39,513 bases of DNA from a bacterium (lineage in GTDB: Bacteria > Desulfobacterota > DSWW01). Position numbers and translations under genes: made by a program. Within the stretch, counting starts at the first letter, position 1. Each line of letters opens with the position of its first letter. The stretch is from NCBI GenBank assembly GCA_040756235.1, contig JBFLZG010000019.1, positions 1 through 39,513 on the forward strand, in the 5' to 3' direction. Shown here piece by piece: positions 12,194 through 21,554 of the stretch. The notes under the pieces were generated by a model. That model made no database searches. It had not been told where the DNA came from and saw only the letters and a list, made by a program, of their open reading frames with translations.

Positions 12194-13363
12194 CTAACCA
12201 AAGGGCAATGCCTCCAGAAGCGCTCGGTCGACATCATCGTTCAACGGCACGTCCGTGACGAGAATCCTCCTGGTCGTGCAGTCATATTCGATGGCCCGGG
12301 GGAACTGAAACGAGGGGTCCGGTGTAAAAGCTGATTGTAACGCTCCAACCGTGCTGAACTGCAGCACCTGCTCGACGCCGCTGCCTTCTTGCAGCAAGAG
12401 CAGATCTGCAACTGTGCCCGTTGTGTTCGTGAACCCGAGCGCAAGACCTGTGGCATTCTGGGCTATTTCGACGAGGGCTGCGGCCGAATTCAGATCTAGC
12501 GCCGTGCCACGGCTTGAGGCGTCAGGGATCCTGTACACCCATCCGAAGACACCCCCCGCTCCCTCCTCGACTCTCTTGCTCACGAAAAGCGCGTCCGCGT
12601 CTGCAAAAATGGCAATATCCGACAGGCGCCGGCTCGGCTCGGTGCTTGTGGCAATCGTCTCAGGGGACTCGGGCATCCAGGTCGAAAGATCCACAGAGAG
12701 CCTTCTCACGCTGCTGCCGGGCCCGTTGTCGTTGAGGACGAAAAGCACCACCCGGTCATCCAGCTCTCCGAGCGCCAACGCTGCGGGAGACTGCAAGAAA
12801 CTGCTGCCGATCGTGAGGTTGGTAATGGGGAAGGGATTTTCCAGGCCGGTGGGAATCGACGTGCCGGTCAGATCGTAAATGTAGAGTGTGTCCTGCCCCT
12901 GGTCCGTGAAGAACATCAGATCCACGTTGTCGGGTTCCCCTTGCTTGTGGAAAAGGGCCATTCCGGAGACATTCCTGAAGCCGCTCAGCAGGGCTCTCCG
13001 CTGAGGGCCCGGAAAATGGTAGATGAAGATGACGCTCCCCTGCTGATCCGCCAGAAGCACATCCCCCGGCTCTGCCGTCCCACTGTCGAGAGCAAACGAC
13101 ATCCCGCCCGGAACGACGGCGAGGGACAGGGTATCATCTTGTCCGCTCTGCTGCGGAAACGTGTCCAGCAGGGTCACGTTTGCCGCATCCTGGTATGCCT
13201 GAAGCCCAGGAAATGGGCTGTCACAGGTGAACCCCGAGAGATTCCCATTGCCACCGCCATCTCCGTTTCCGTCCCCGTCGCAAAGCAGGCAGAAATCTCC
13301 GCAACCCTGGAGCATGGGAAGGTAGATCATGGCAGAGAGCATGCCCATGACGACCTGACCCAT
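12194..13363 (-). CDS. putative lipoprotein, acidic and beta-rich (propeller-like)
   Basis: Lipobox MLQGC, Gly/Asp linker, repeated P..LA/IA beta motifs; start uncertain. Confidence 0.7.
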   Translation of the reverse strand: MGQVVMGMLSAMIYLPMLQGCGDFCLLCDGDGNGDGGGNGNLSGFTCDSPFPGLQAYQDAANVTLLDTFPQQSGQDDTLSLAVVPGGMSFALDSGTAEPGDVLLADQQGSVIFIYHFPGPQRRALLSGFRNVSGMALFHKQGEPDNVDLMFFTDQGQDTLYIYDLTGTSIPTGLENPFPITNLTIGSSFLQSPAALALGELDDRVVLFVLNDNGPGSSVRRLSVDLSTWMPESPETIATSTEPSRRLSDIAIFADADALFVSKRVEEGAGGVFGWVYRIPDASSRGTALDLNSAAALVEIAQNATGLALGFTNTTGTVADLLLLQEGSGVEQVLQFSTVGALQSAFTPDPSFQFPRAIEYDCTTRRILVTDVPLNDDVDRALLEALPFG

Positions 13364-13550
13364 GCGCTTGCGGCCCGGACCAGCAGGCAAATGATCTTCC
13401 CCCGCTTCCCCAACCTGGTCGCTGAAATGCTCCGACCGGGTTCGCTCGCTCCCCCTGCGCCGCATCTCGGCTCGGATCCGTGCCGCGAGCGTCCCAGTCT
13501 CTCGCCCCGACCGACAACGTTCCCCCACAAAGGCCGTGCGGTCGCTGCTC

Positions 13551-13982
13551 CTATTTCAGCCCTACGTCACTTATGGCTTGCTTGCACCGAGTACTCACCT
13601 TCGCGTCGTTCTTCTTGATGCATTCCAGGAGACGACCTTCCCCCGGCTGAACCGAGGAGCAGTTCGTCTGGAGGTCTTCCCGGCACTCATTCGCCACGTA
13701 CGACAGGGCGTTCACCGCCCGCTCCAACTGGGCAGCGGAATCGTAGAGGGCGTATTCGCAGCGCGTCGAGAGTTTGTCCTGGTAGGCATAAAGACACGCT
13801 AAGATCCGCTGTTCGCCCGGGGTCACATCCTTGCAGTGCTTCTCAATGTCCTGCTCACAGCCCGTGACGAAGGTGTCGACCACTCCCTGCGCCATCGATT
13901 GGATGGGATCTCCGGCCAGAGCCGGCGCTGCCACCATCAGGCCCAGGACCACTGCAAATACCGGTGCGGATCCGACTTTCAT
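13551..13982 (-). CDS. exported cysteine-rich repeat (GLG1/Cys_rich_FGFR-like) protein
   Basis: GAGGAGGT-like RBS, signal peptide, two C..D...C..V.PGE.R...C repeats. Confidence 0.88.
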   Translation of the reverse strand: MKVGSAPVFAVVLGLMVAAPALAGDPIQSMAQGVVDTFVTGCEQDIEKHCKDVTPGEQRILACLYAYQDKLSTRCEYALYDSAAQLERAVNALSYVANECREDLQTNCSSVQPGEGRLLECIKKNDAKVSTRCKQAISDVGLK

Positions 13983-14095
13983 GGGAACCTCCTCTCGCGG
14001 CAGGCAACCCGGCCCTGCAGGCCGCTCCTGCAGAAGCAACTTTCCTCGGGTTTGCCATCTTCTACAGCAACACTTCGTCCGGCTAACGCTGCGCA

Positions 14096-14352
14096 TTACC
14101 CACAAGTCAATCCGAAGGTCGCAGGCAGTTTGACTCTGCCCGTCATCCCGGCCCTGCCGCGCAGCGCGTGCAAGCCGGGATCCAGAGTCTGCATCAAGTA
14201 CGGGGAACAGGGACTGGACCCCGGCCTTCGCCGGGGTGACGGAACTGGATGGCACCGCGACTGTCCGATCGACTGCTCCCCGGGCTCCTCTGGAATGACG
14301 GTTTCGATCCGGATTTCGCACTCCGTCCCCTGCTGGGCCGACTTGTGGGTAA
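14096..14352. mobile_element. MITE-like element with 13-bp terminal inverted repeats and an internal REP-like palindrome
   Basis: TTACCCACAAGTC (14096-14108) and GACTTGTGGGTAA (14340-14352); internal CGTCATCCCGGC...GCCGGGGTGACG; related copy at 39443+. Confidence 0.75.
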
Positions 14353-14463
14353 AGGGCAGGGCTAACGTGCGCTGGCGTAACGTCCCCTCCCCTCCCCGGA
14401 GGCACACGAAGGCCCGGTGCCCATCGTGAGACCCTGGTCCAAGAAAAGTCGGACGCAAGGCTC

Positions 14464-15174
14464 TCATTCGATCCAACCCTCCTGTTCGAATCTCTTCCTG
14501 AGCTGGTCGGCGATTTCCTTGCCGGTCGCTCTGGCTCTCCCCTCGACCTTGCTGCTGCCGCTCACCTCCCCGTAGACTTTCATCCCGCCGCTCACGATGA
14601 GTCCCACCGGGTTCCCTGTTGCAATCGCAACGCCAAGTGGCACAGCCCCGCCCGGGGTCTTACTTCCACCGGAATCGACTGTGCCGGAGCCCAGCTTGCG
14701 CAACCCCTGAGCCGTCATCTGGTACCCTTCGACCGCGGTTTTTAATTCGGATTTGCCTGAGCCGAATCCGATCGAGACCCGCTTTGCGGCACTGCCCTCC
14801 TCGATCGAGAGAAGGTAGCCTCGGATCAGAACGTCGTTGATCTGCGGCTGGGTTCGCAGCGCGGCCCGCTGTGCCGGCAGTCCCATGGCGTGGATCTGCT
14901 CCACCAACTCCGCTGCAATTTCAGCGCCCACCCGACGGCCGGCTTCGATCTGCTCGGCGGTTTGCGGCGTGCCAGGCTCCTCGAGCTGGCCTGCGATTGC
15001 GGAGTCCGCCGGCACATCCGCAGGACTGGCGGCGAAGTCGTACACCAGGATGCGATCAGGCCGCGGGATTCTTCCTTTCACGAGCACCTCACGCTCGGAC
15101 ACCTTTGTCGAAGCGCACCCGGCTGCAACGACCAGGACGAACAGACACGTCATGACACGTCTGCTGGGCCTCAT
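14464..15174 (-). CDS. lipoprotein, DUF4410-like
   Basis: GGAGGT RBS, lipobox AAGC, RPDRILVYDFA, EGSAAKRVSIGFGSG. Confidence 0.82.
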   Translation of the reverse strand: MRPSRRVMTCLFVLVVAAGCASTKVSEREVLVKGRIPRPDRILVYDFAASPADVPADSAIAGQLEEPGTPQTAEQIEAGRRVGAEIAAELVEQIHAMGLPAQRAALRTQPQINDVLIRGYLLSIEEGSAAKRVSIGFGSGKSELKTAVEGYQMTAQGLRKLGSGTVDSGGSKTPGGAVPLGVAIATGNPVGLIVSGGMKVYGEVSGSSKVEGRARATGKEIADQLRKRFEQEGWIE

Positions 15175-15293
15175 CTCAACCTCCCTGGGCAGGGGCTTTT
15201 CCCTCGGGACCGGGAGTCCCACAGATTCCTGTCCCCCGCCTTGGTTCTTTGCCCTGCATGGGCTCGGCATGAAAAATGACCGTAAACGCCTTG

Positions 15294-15310
15294 TGCGGAA
15301 TGCATGCCAA
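15294..15310 (-). promoter_or_regulatory. sigma54 promoter candidate
   Basis: Minus strand TTGGCATGCATTCCGCA, GG-N10-GC, about 120 nt upstream of the first gene of the minus-strand exported-protein run. Confidence 0.45.
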
Positions 15311-15548
15311 GTCTCACGAGAAGGAGCCAGGTCGTGGAAATTGGACGGGTTTCAGCGACTTATAGGGAAGGGGAAATTGCTTTCTTGTGCGAAGGCGTCC
15401 TGACGTGCCGATCGATATTTCGTCTCGGGGACGGAATAGAGTCTGTGCCCGGGACAGGAACCGGCCCGCACGAATACCTTCCCGGCTTCGGTTCGGCAAA
15501 TGTTAGAGTCTGTGTCGCAGCCATGGCCCCCTGAACGGAGAAAGCACC

Positions 15549-15773
15549 ATGAGAATTTTCCTCATTCTCCTCTTCTCCACATGCGTCGGATGCGATGAGG
15601 GTCTCTTTGTGTTTTGTTTTTCGAGTGACATGCGGTGCGATGGCAACATCGCACAAATGTGCAGCGTCGATGAAGAGTGGGAGGACTGGCATGATTGCGG
15701 AGAGATCGGGCTAACCTGCTATGAGAGCCCTTCCCGCTGCAGCGGCTACGCGGGCGTCGCCTGTTGCGATTGA
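15549..15773 (+). CDS. small Cys-rich putative lipoprotein (74 aa, 10 Cys)
   Basis: GGAG RBS, hydrophobic N-terminus with CVGC lipobox-like motif, acidic Cys-rich body. Confidence 0.65.
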   Translation: MRIFLILLFSTCVGCDEGLFVFCFSSDMRCDGNIAQMCSVDEEWEDWHDCGEIGLTCYESPSRCSGYAGVACCD

Positions 15774-15789
15774 CTGGCCAACTATTCAC

Positions 15790-16110
15790 AGATGCAAGAA
15801 GCTCTTCGAGATCTTGTCGAGCAGGTGCGAGGTGCGAGATGCGAATCACCCCTGGGTTTTCGATCACAGGGACAGGAGACACGAGGCCGGGAAGAAGCAG
15901 GCAGCCCTTTGCCATCTCCGCGAGATAGACACTCAAGTCTCTATGCGAGAAAGCCGGCGCTGCAAAGTCCGGGTTTCACGCCATCCGATCATCCAGAGAA
16001 TCCTCGGGCACGAGAACCGGACCAGGACCGAGATCTACCTGCACAGCGTGTCCCAGCGATGCGCCTTTACGAGCGTGCGCGGGAAAATTCACACACCGAT
16101 TCACACATAG
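15790..16110 (+). pseudogene. tyrosine integrase C-terminal remnant
   Basis: IQRILGHENRTRTEIYLHS matches box II (LGH...T..Y); upstream motifs degraded; abuts tRNA 3' end. Confidence 0.7.
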
Positions 16111-16184
16111 ATGCGGACCGAAAAAAAGAAGGATCGACCTTTGCGACCGACCCTTCGTAAGCTGCTGGAATCACGAATCATTTA

Positions 16185-16272
16185 TGGTGCCGGAGGAGGG
16201 AATCGAACCCTCATGAGCGCGAGGCCCGGGGGATTTTGAGTCCCCTGCGTCTACCAGTTCCACCACTCCGGC
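16185..16272 (-). tRNA. tRNA-Leu (CAA)
   Basis: GCCGGAG/CTCCGGC acceptor stem, GGGGA-CTCAAAA-TCCCC anticodon arm, long variable arm, GTTCGATTC, encoded CCA. Confidence 0.97.
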
Positions 16273-16292
16273 ATAACTCTCAGAGACCCTTC

Positions 16293-16322
16293 ATCTTTAT
16301 TGTCGCCTGCGCGCAAAGTCAA
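16293..16322 (-). promoter_or_regulatory. sigma70-type promoter candidate for tRNA-Leu
   Basis: TTGACT-17 nt-TAAAGA(T) about 20 nt upstream of the tRNA; -10 imperfect. Confidence 0.45.
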
Positions 16323-16791
16323 GAAGCGGGGCGGGGCCGCGGGTGTGGCCGCACCAAGGCACCCATCAGAGCCTCTGCGGACCGGCTGGCCGCGGCGGCC
16401 CCCATGCGTCGTGCTCTGTTACGACGTCCGGAATGACGCTGCGGGGCGAGGCCGGTCATAACCCAGGACGGTATCCGCCCAGACGAAGAAGGGGTTGAGA
16501 AGGGTCGTCCTGCGGACCACGGCGCGCACCGCACCGGCAGGAGGGCACGAGGAACGGGAACTCCTCCGCTTCTTCCTCTCTCTGGACGGCCATCATCTTC
16601 CTCCGGGCGTTTCACGAGTCGGGGCTTCCGGCACGCCGGGACTTGCGGGTGATTGCGGCTCGACGGCCGCTGCGGGCGAAGCCCGAACGGCGGGTGCTCG
16701 AGGGTTCGCAGAAGGATGACAGGCGTGATTCCAAACAATGACCAACATAGAGTGGCAGGTCGTGGCCGTCAAGGCGGAACGACCGGCAGCG

Positions 16792-19587
16792 CTACGCCAC
16801 GGGCTCGCGGTTCTCCTTGGCCGCGTACCAGTTCTTCCCGGTTCCGATGTCCACGGCTATGGGGACCTCGAGCCGCACGGCTCCTTCCATCTCCGAGCGC
16901 ACCAGCCGGCCGACCTCCAGCCGCTCCTCCTCGGGCAGCTCGAAGACGAGCTCGTCGTGCACCTGCAGCACCATGCGTGCGCGGTATCCTTGCCGCCCGA
17001 GCCGGCCGTGGATGCGGATCATGGCGATCTTGATCAGGTCGGCGGCCGAGCCCTGGATCGGAGAGTTCCTGGCGACACGCTCGCCGAAGCCGATGATGCC
17101 CGGGTTCCTCGAGCGCAGCTCGGGTATGTAGCGGCGCCGTCCGAACAAAGTCTCCACGTAACCGTCTTCCCGTGCCAAGGAGATCTGCCGGTCCAGGTAC
17201 GCCCGTATCGCCGGGAAGCGCGCGAAGTAGCCTTGGATGAAGGATTCGGCCTCATCCAGCCTCAGGCCGAGGCGGCGCGCCAGCGCCGGAGCGCCCTGCC
17301 CGTAAAGGGTCGCGTAGTTCACGGTCTTGGCCACGGATCGCTCTCGGGCCGTGACCTCTTCGAGCGTGAGCTCGAACAGGCGCGCGGCCGTCTCCCGGTG
17401 CACGTCCCGGCCGGTGCGGAAAGCCTCGATGAAGTCCGGCTCGCGCGCGAGATGAGCGAGGACCCGAAGCTCGATCTGCGAGTAGTCCCCGGCCAGCAGA
17501 ACGCTCCCCTGCGGGGCGACGAAGGCTTTTCGGATGCCGGCGCCGAGGCGCGATCGGATCGGAATGTTCTGCAGGTTCGGCTCGGAGCTGGAAAGGCGCC
17601 CCGTGGCCGTGGCCGCCTGGTTGAAGGAGGTGTGAATGCGGCCGGTCTCCGGGTCGACGAGGCGCGGGAAGGCGTCCACGTACGTGGATTTCAGCTTGGC
17701 GAGCTCGCGGTACTCGAGCAGCCGGCCGGGCAGCTCGTGCCCTTCCGCGGCCAGCTCCGCCAGGACCTCGGCATCGGTGGAGGCCCCGGTCTTGGTCCGT
17801 TTGCGCACCGGCAGCCGCAGTCCTTCGAACAGCACCCGGCGCAGCTGAAGAGGCGAGTCGACGTTGAACGGCTCGCCCGCGAGAGCGTAGATCTCTGCCT
17901 CCAGACGGGCGAGGTCCGCCGCCATCTGCTTCCCCAGGCTCTCCAACACCCCCGTGTCCAGCGCCACGCCCGCCCCCTCCATGTCCGCCAGGACCGGCAC
18001 CAGCGGCATTTCGATCTCTTCATAGACCCGCCGCAGGCCCTGTAGATCGAGCCCCCGGAGCAGCCGGTCGGCAAGTCGCAGGCTGTAGTCGGCCCGCTGC
18101 GCCGCGTAGGGCAGTACCTTTTCAGGGGGGACGTCCGCGAGCGACTCCCGCTTCCCCAGAAACTCGCTTTGCCGCACCAGACCAGACCCGAACTGCTCGA
18201 TCACCAGCGCCTCCAGGTCGTGGCTTCTCTTGCCCGGATCGAGGCAGTAGGAGGCGAGCATCACGTCCGTCATGGGGCCTGCCGCTTCGAGACCTGCCCG
18301 GCGCAGCCAGAGCAGGATCCGCTTGACGTCGTGGCCGACCTTCTCCACGCCCGGCGCGGCGAGGACCTCGGCCAACGGCCTCATTTCGTCCGAGTCGAGG
18401 CGCGCCCGAGCGGCCGCCCCCGGCCCTCCCGCGTGACCGCCCAGCGGCAGATACGCCGCGCGTCCGGCCTCGACGGCGATTCCGAGACCCATGAGCCCTG
18501 CGCCCGGGCGGGAGCCGGCAGCAGCGTCGAACACCGGGTAGAGGGCCACGCGGCCTCGTTCCATGGCCTCCTGCATCAGCAGGGCGAGCTCCCGAGGCCC
18601 TTCGATCAAGCTGCACCGGGATTCTCCGCATTCCCTGGGCGCCAGCTCGGGCAGCATGGATTGGAACTCCAGCTCGATGAAAAGCTCCCGCAGCCGTGCG
18701 ACGTCGGGCGCGCGGAGGGAGAAGGCGTCCAGGTCGAGCCCGACGGGCGCATCGGTCCGGAGGGTGACCAGGCGCTTCGACAACACGGCCTGCTCTGCGT
18801 GGCCCGACAAGGCCTGCCGGGCGCGCTTGTTCTCGAGTGTCTCGGCCCGCTCCAGGATCTTCTCGATCGGGCCGAAACGGGCAATCAGCTCGACCGCGGT
18901 CTTGTGCCCGATCCCTCGGACTCCGGGCACGTTGTCGGACGGGTCTCCGACCAGCGCCAGATAGTCCGTGACCCGCTCCGGGGGCACTCCCATACGCTCC
19001 TCGGCCGCGTCCTCGTCGACCCAGCGCGCCTCGATGAACGACCTGCCGCCGCGGCCGGGCTCGATCACGGCAATGCCGGGGCCGATGAGCTGGTAAAAGT
19101 CGGTGTCGCCCGAGACGATCACGGCCTGAAGCCCCTTTGCGGCGGCCGCCCTCGCCAGGGTCCCGATCACGTCGTCCGCCTCGTAGCCCTCGACCTCGAT
19201 CGCGGGCACGCGGAAGGCTTCGAGGATCTGCCGAATTCGCTCCATGGAGAGGCGGAAATCCATCTGGTCGGATTTGTCCAGCTTCTGGCGCGTGGCCTTG
19301 TACGGGGGGTATAGCTCGTGCCGGAAGGTGGTCCCCCGGCCCGCGTCGAAAACAGCCGCCACGTAATCGGGTGCATGGTCGGCCAGGATCTTGCGCAGGA
19401 ACAAGGTAAGTCCGTACGGGACCGAGGTGTTCTCTCCCGTCGAAGTCCTGAGAGGCTGCTGGATCATGGCATAGAAGGCGCGGTACGCAAGTCCGTGGCC
19501 GTCCACCAGGAACAACGACCCTGCGCGCGCATCGGGCCCGGACCGGTCACGCGCACGTCCCTTGACTGCCGGTGAACCTTTGGGCAT
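16792..19587 (-). CDS. polA: DNA polymerase I (5' nuclease, degenerate 3'-5' exonuclease, polymerase)
   Basis: GYEADDVIGT, GDPSDNVPG, TGRLSS.EPNLQNIP, DYSQIELR, QVHDELV; AGGAG RBS before ATG 19587. Confidence 0.97.
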   Translation of the reverse strand: MPKGSPAVKGRARDRSGPDARAGSLFLVDGHGLAYRAFYAMIQQPLRTSTGENTSVPYGLTLFLRKILADHAPDYVAAVFDAGRGTTFRHELYPPYKATRQKLDKSDQMDFRLSMERIRQILEAFRVPAIEVEGYEADDVIGTLARAAAAKGLQAVIVSGDTDFYQLIGPGIAVIEPGRGGRSFIEARWVDEDAAEERMGVPPERVTDYLALVGDPSDNVPGVRGIGHKTAVELIARFGPIEKILERAETLENKRARQALSGHAEQAVLSKRLVTLRTDAPVGLDLDAFSLRAPDVARLRELFIELEFQSMLPELAPRECGESRCSLIEGPRELALLMQEAMERGRVALYPVFDAAAGSRPGAGLMGLGIAVEAGRAAYLPLGGHAGGPGAAARARLDSDEMRPLAEVLAAPGVEKVGHDVKRILLWLRRAGLEAAGPMTDVMLASYCLDPGKRSHDLEALVIEQFGSGLVRQSEFLGKRESLADVPPEKVLPYAAQRADYSLRLADRLLRGLDLQGLRRVYEEIEMPLVPVLADMEGAGVALDTGVLESLGKQMAADLARLEAEIYALAGEPFNVDSPLQLRRVLFEGLRLPVRKRTKTGASTDAEVLAELAAEGHELPGRLLEYRELAKLKSTYVDAFPRLVDPETGRIHTSFNQAATATGRLSSSEPNLQNIPIRSRLGAGIRKAFVAPQGSVLLAGDYSQIELRVLAHLAREPDFIEAFRTGRDVHRETAARLFELTLEEVTARERSVAKTVNYATLYGQGAPALARRLGLRLDEAESFIQGYFARFPAIRAYLDRQISLAREDGYVETLFGRRRYIPELRSRNPGIIGFGERVARNSPIQGSAADLIKIAMIRIHGRLGRQGYRARMVLQVHDELVFELPEEERLEVGRLVRSEMEGAVRLEVPIAVDIGTGKNWYAAKENREPVA

Positions 19588-20021
19588 GCTGTCTCCTCTG
19601 GAAAACCCCGCGCGTTCCTTGCCCATTTGGATGCGAACACCCCTGAGCCGTGCCTCCCGGCTCGCCGCATCCGGCATGGATCGATCGGGGATAGGCCGAG
19701 GCGTCGTGTGGCGGGAGTTCAAAACTGAGCGTCAGGGTTTCGGCAGCAGTCGTCATTCCGGAGGCCTCCATGTCCCAAGCGGCTCGCCTCTTCTCCCCTG
19801 CAGCCGGGCGACCAACCCGGTCATCCGGGCATCTGTTTGAGGAGATCGAGGAACGGGCAAACCCCATCCGCTCGGTCCTCCGTCAGCCCCGCACCGGACC
19901 GATTCGCGCACACGCCCGAGGACCGACCGCGCCCGATCCCGGCTGTGGCGTCGTCGACGCCGGATCGGCCCGCATTCTTCCCAGCAGCACGACGGATCCC
20001 GTTCCCGGAAAGACGAGCCCG

Positions 20022-21554
20022 ATGTCTCCATGCGCGTGGTCTCTGCGAAATGCGGCCGCCCTGGTGCTCCTGGCCCTGTTCAGCGCCTTGCCGGTCGTCC
20101 TCGCACGCTCCGCCTTCGCCTTCGGCATCGAGGACGTGAACGCCGAGGCGCAGGCGCTGGCCGAAAAGCCCTTCGAAAAGCCCAAGACGGTTCCCGATTG
20201 GCTAGGCAAGATCGACTATGACCAGTGGCGCGATGCCCGGTTCCGCCCCGAGAGAGCTCTCTGGCGGGATCGCGCCATGCCCTTCGAGGTGCAATTCTTC
20301 CACCCCGGATTCCTCTATCAATATCCGGTCGAGATCTTCATGGTCGAGGCCGACGGGATCCGGCCGGTCCTCTTCTCGCCCAGCCTTTTCGACTACGGCA
20401 AGAACACCTTCGCGAGCAAGGTGCCGCAGGACCTCGGATTCGCCGGATTCAGGATTCACTACCCGATCAAATCGCAAACCTACAAGGACGAGGTCGCGGT
20501 ATTTCTCGGCGCGAGCTACTTCCGCGCAGTCGGCCAAAATCAGGTCTTCGGGCTCTCCGCGCGCGGGCTCGCCATCGACACGGCTTCCTCGCATGGCGAG
20601 GAGTTTCCGTTCTTTCGGCGCTTCTGGCTGGTGGCCCCGGCGCCGAAAGCACAGGACATGGTCATCTACGCCCTCCTGGACAGCCAGAGTCTGACCGGCG
20701 CTTACGCGTTCCTCGTCGACCCGGGGGAGCAGACGGTCATCAAGGTCGACTGCCGGCTGTTCTTCCGGAACAAGGTCGAAAAAATCGGGGTGGGCCCCCT
20801 CACGAGCATGTTCTTCCACGGCGAGAACACGCGCCGCTGCTTCGACGACTTCCGCCCCGAGGCGCACGACTCGGACGGTGCGCTGGTCCAGTTCGCCACC
20901 GGAGAGTGGCTGTGGCGGCCGGTGGACAACCGGGACAAGCTCAACGTGAGCAGCTTTGACGCACCCAGCCCGCGCGGGTTCGGCCTGCTTCAGCGCGACC
21001 GCAACTTCGGTCACTACCAGGACCTGGAGACCCGCCAGGACCTGAGGCCGAGCGCATGGATCATCCCGGCCGGGGAGTGGGGCCCGGGCCGCTTCGAGCT
21101 GGTCGAGATCCCTGCGGAGTCGGACACCAATGACAACATCGTCTGCTATTGGGTCCCCGCCGCCCAGCCCGATCCCGGCGCGCAGCTCGCCTTCACTTAC
21201 CGCGTGGTGTGGGGCGGCGACAACCCGGCACTGCAGCCCGGCGGCCGGGTCGTTTCCACGGGCCATGACAAGGGCACCTACGAGAACGCCCATCGCTTCG
21301 TGGTCAATTTCGAGGGCAAGAAGCTCAACACCATTCCGGCCGACCGCGTCCTGCACGGCGCGCTCACCGTGGTGGGAGGCCCGGAGGTGGCCGAAGTCCT
21401 GGACCAGTATCTCATCAAGAACACCGTGACCGGCGGGTGGCGGCTCTCCTTCCAGGTCCGACCCAGCAAGCGCGAACCGATCGAGCTCAGGGCCTTCCTG
21501 GACCAGGGCGGCGAGGCGCTGACCGAGACGTGGTCGTACGTGATCCTGCCATGA
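20022..21554 (+). CDS. opgG: periplasmic glucan biosynthesis protein G
   Basis: Signal peptide, FAGFR, FLGASYFRA, GLSARGLAIDT, EEFP, RPEAHDSDG, DNIV.YW, ETWSY; start approximate. Confidence 0.93.
   Translation: MSPCAWSLRNAAALVLLALFSALPVVLARSAFAFGIEDVNAEAQALAEKPFEKPKTVPDWLGKIDYDQWRDARFRPERALWRDRAMPFEVQFFHPGFLYQYPVEIFMVEADGIRPVLFSPSLFDYGKNTFASKVPQDLGFAGFRIHYPIKSQTYKDEVAVFLGASYFRAVGQNQVFGLSARGLAIDTASSHGEEFPFFRRFWLVAPAPKAQDMVIYALLDSQSLTGAYAFLVDPGEQTVIKVDCRLFFRNKVEKIGVGPLTSMFFHGENTRRCFDDFRPEAHDSDGALVQFATGEWLWRPVDNRDKLNVSSFDAPSPRGFGLLQRDRNFGHYQDLETRQDLRPSAWIIPAGEWGPGRFELVEIPAESDTNDNIVCYWVPAAQPDPGAQLAFTYRVVWGGDNPALQPGGRVVSTGHDKGTYENAHRFVVNFEGKKLNTIPADRVLHGALTVVGGPEVAEVLDQYLIKNTVTGGWRLSFQVRPSKREPIELRAFLDQGGEALTETWSYVILP

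Noticed and set aside
13983..14405. N-terminal half of the 284-aa ORF
   Set aside because: It is a translation of the repeat element; the signal peptide and RBS place the start at 13982.
16325..16790. Gene or ncRNA between tRNA-Leu and polA
   Set aside because: Only low-complexity ORFs without RBS or motifs, and no RNA family that I recognise.
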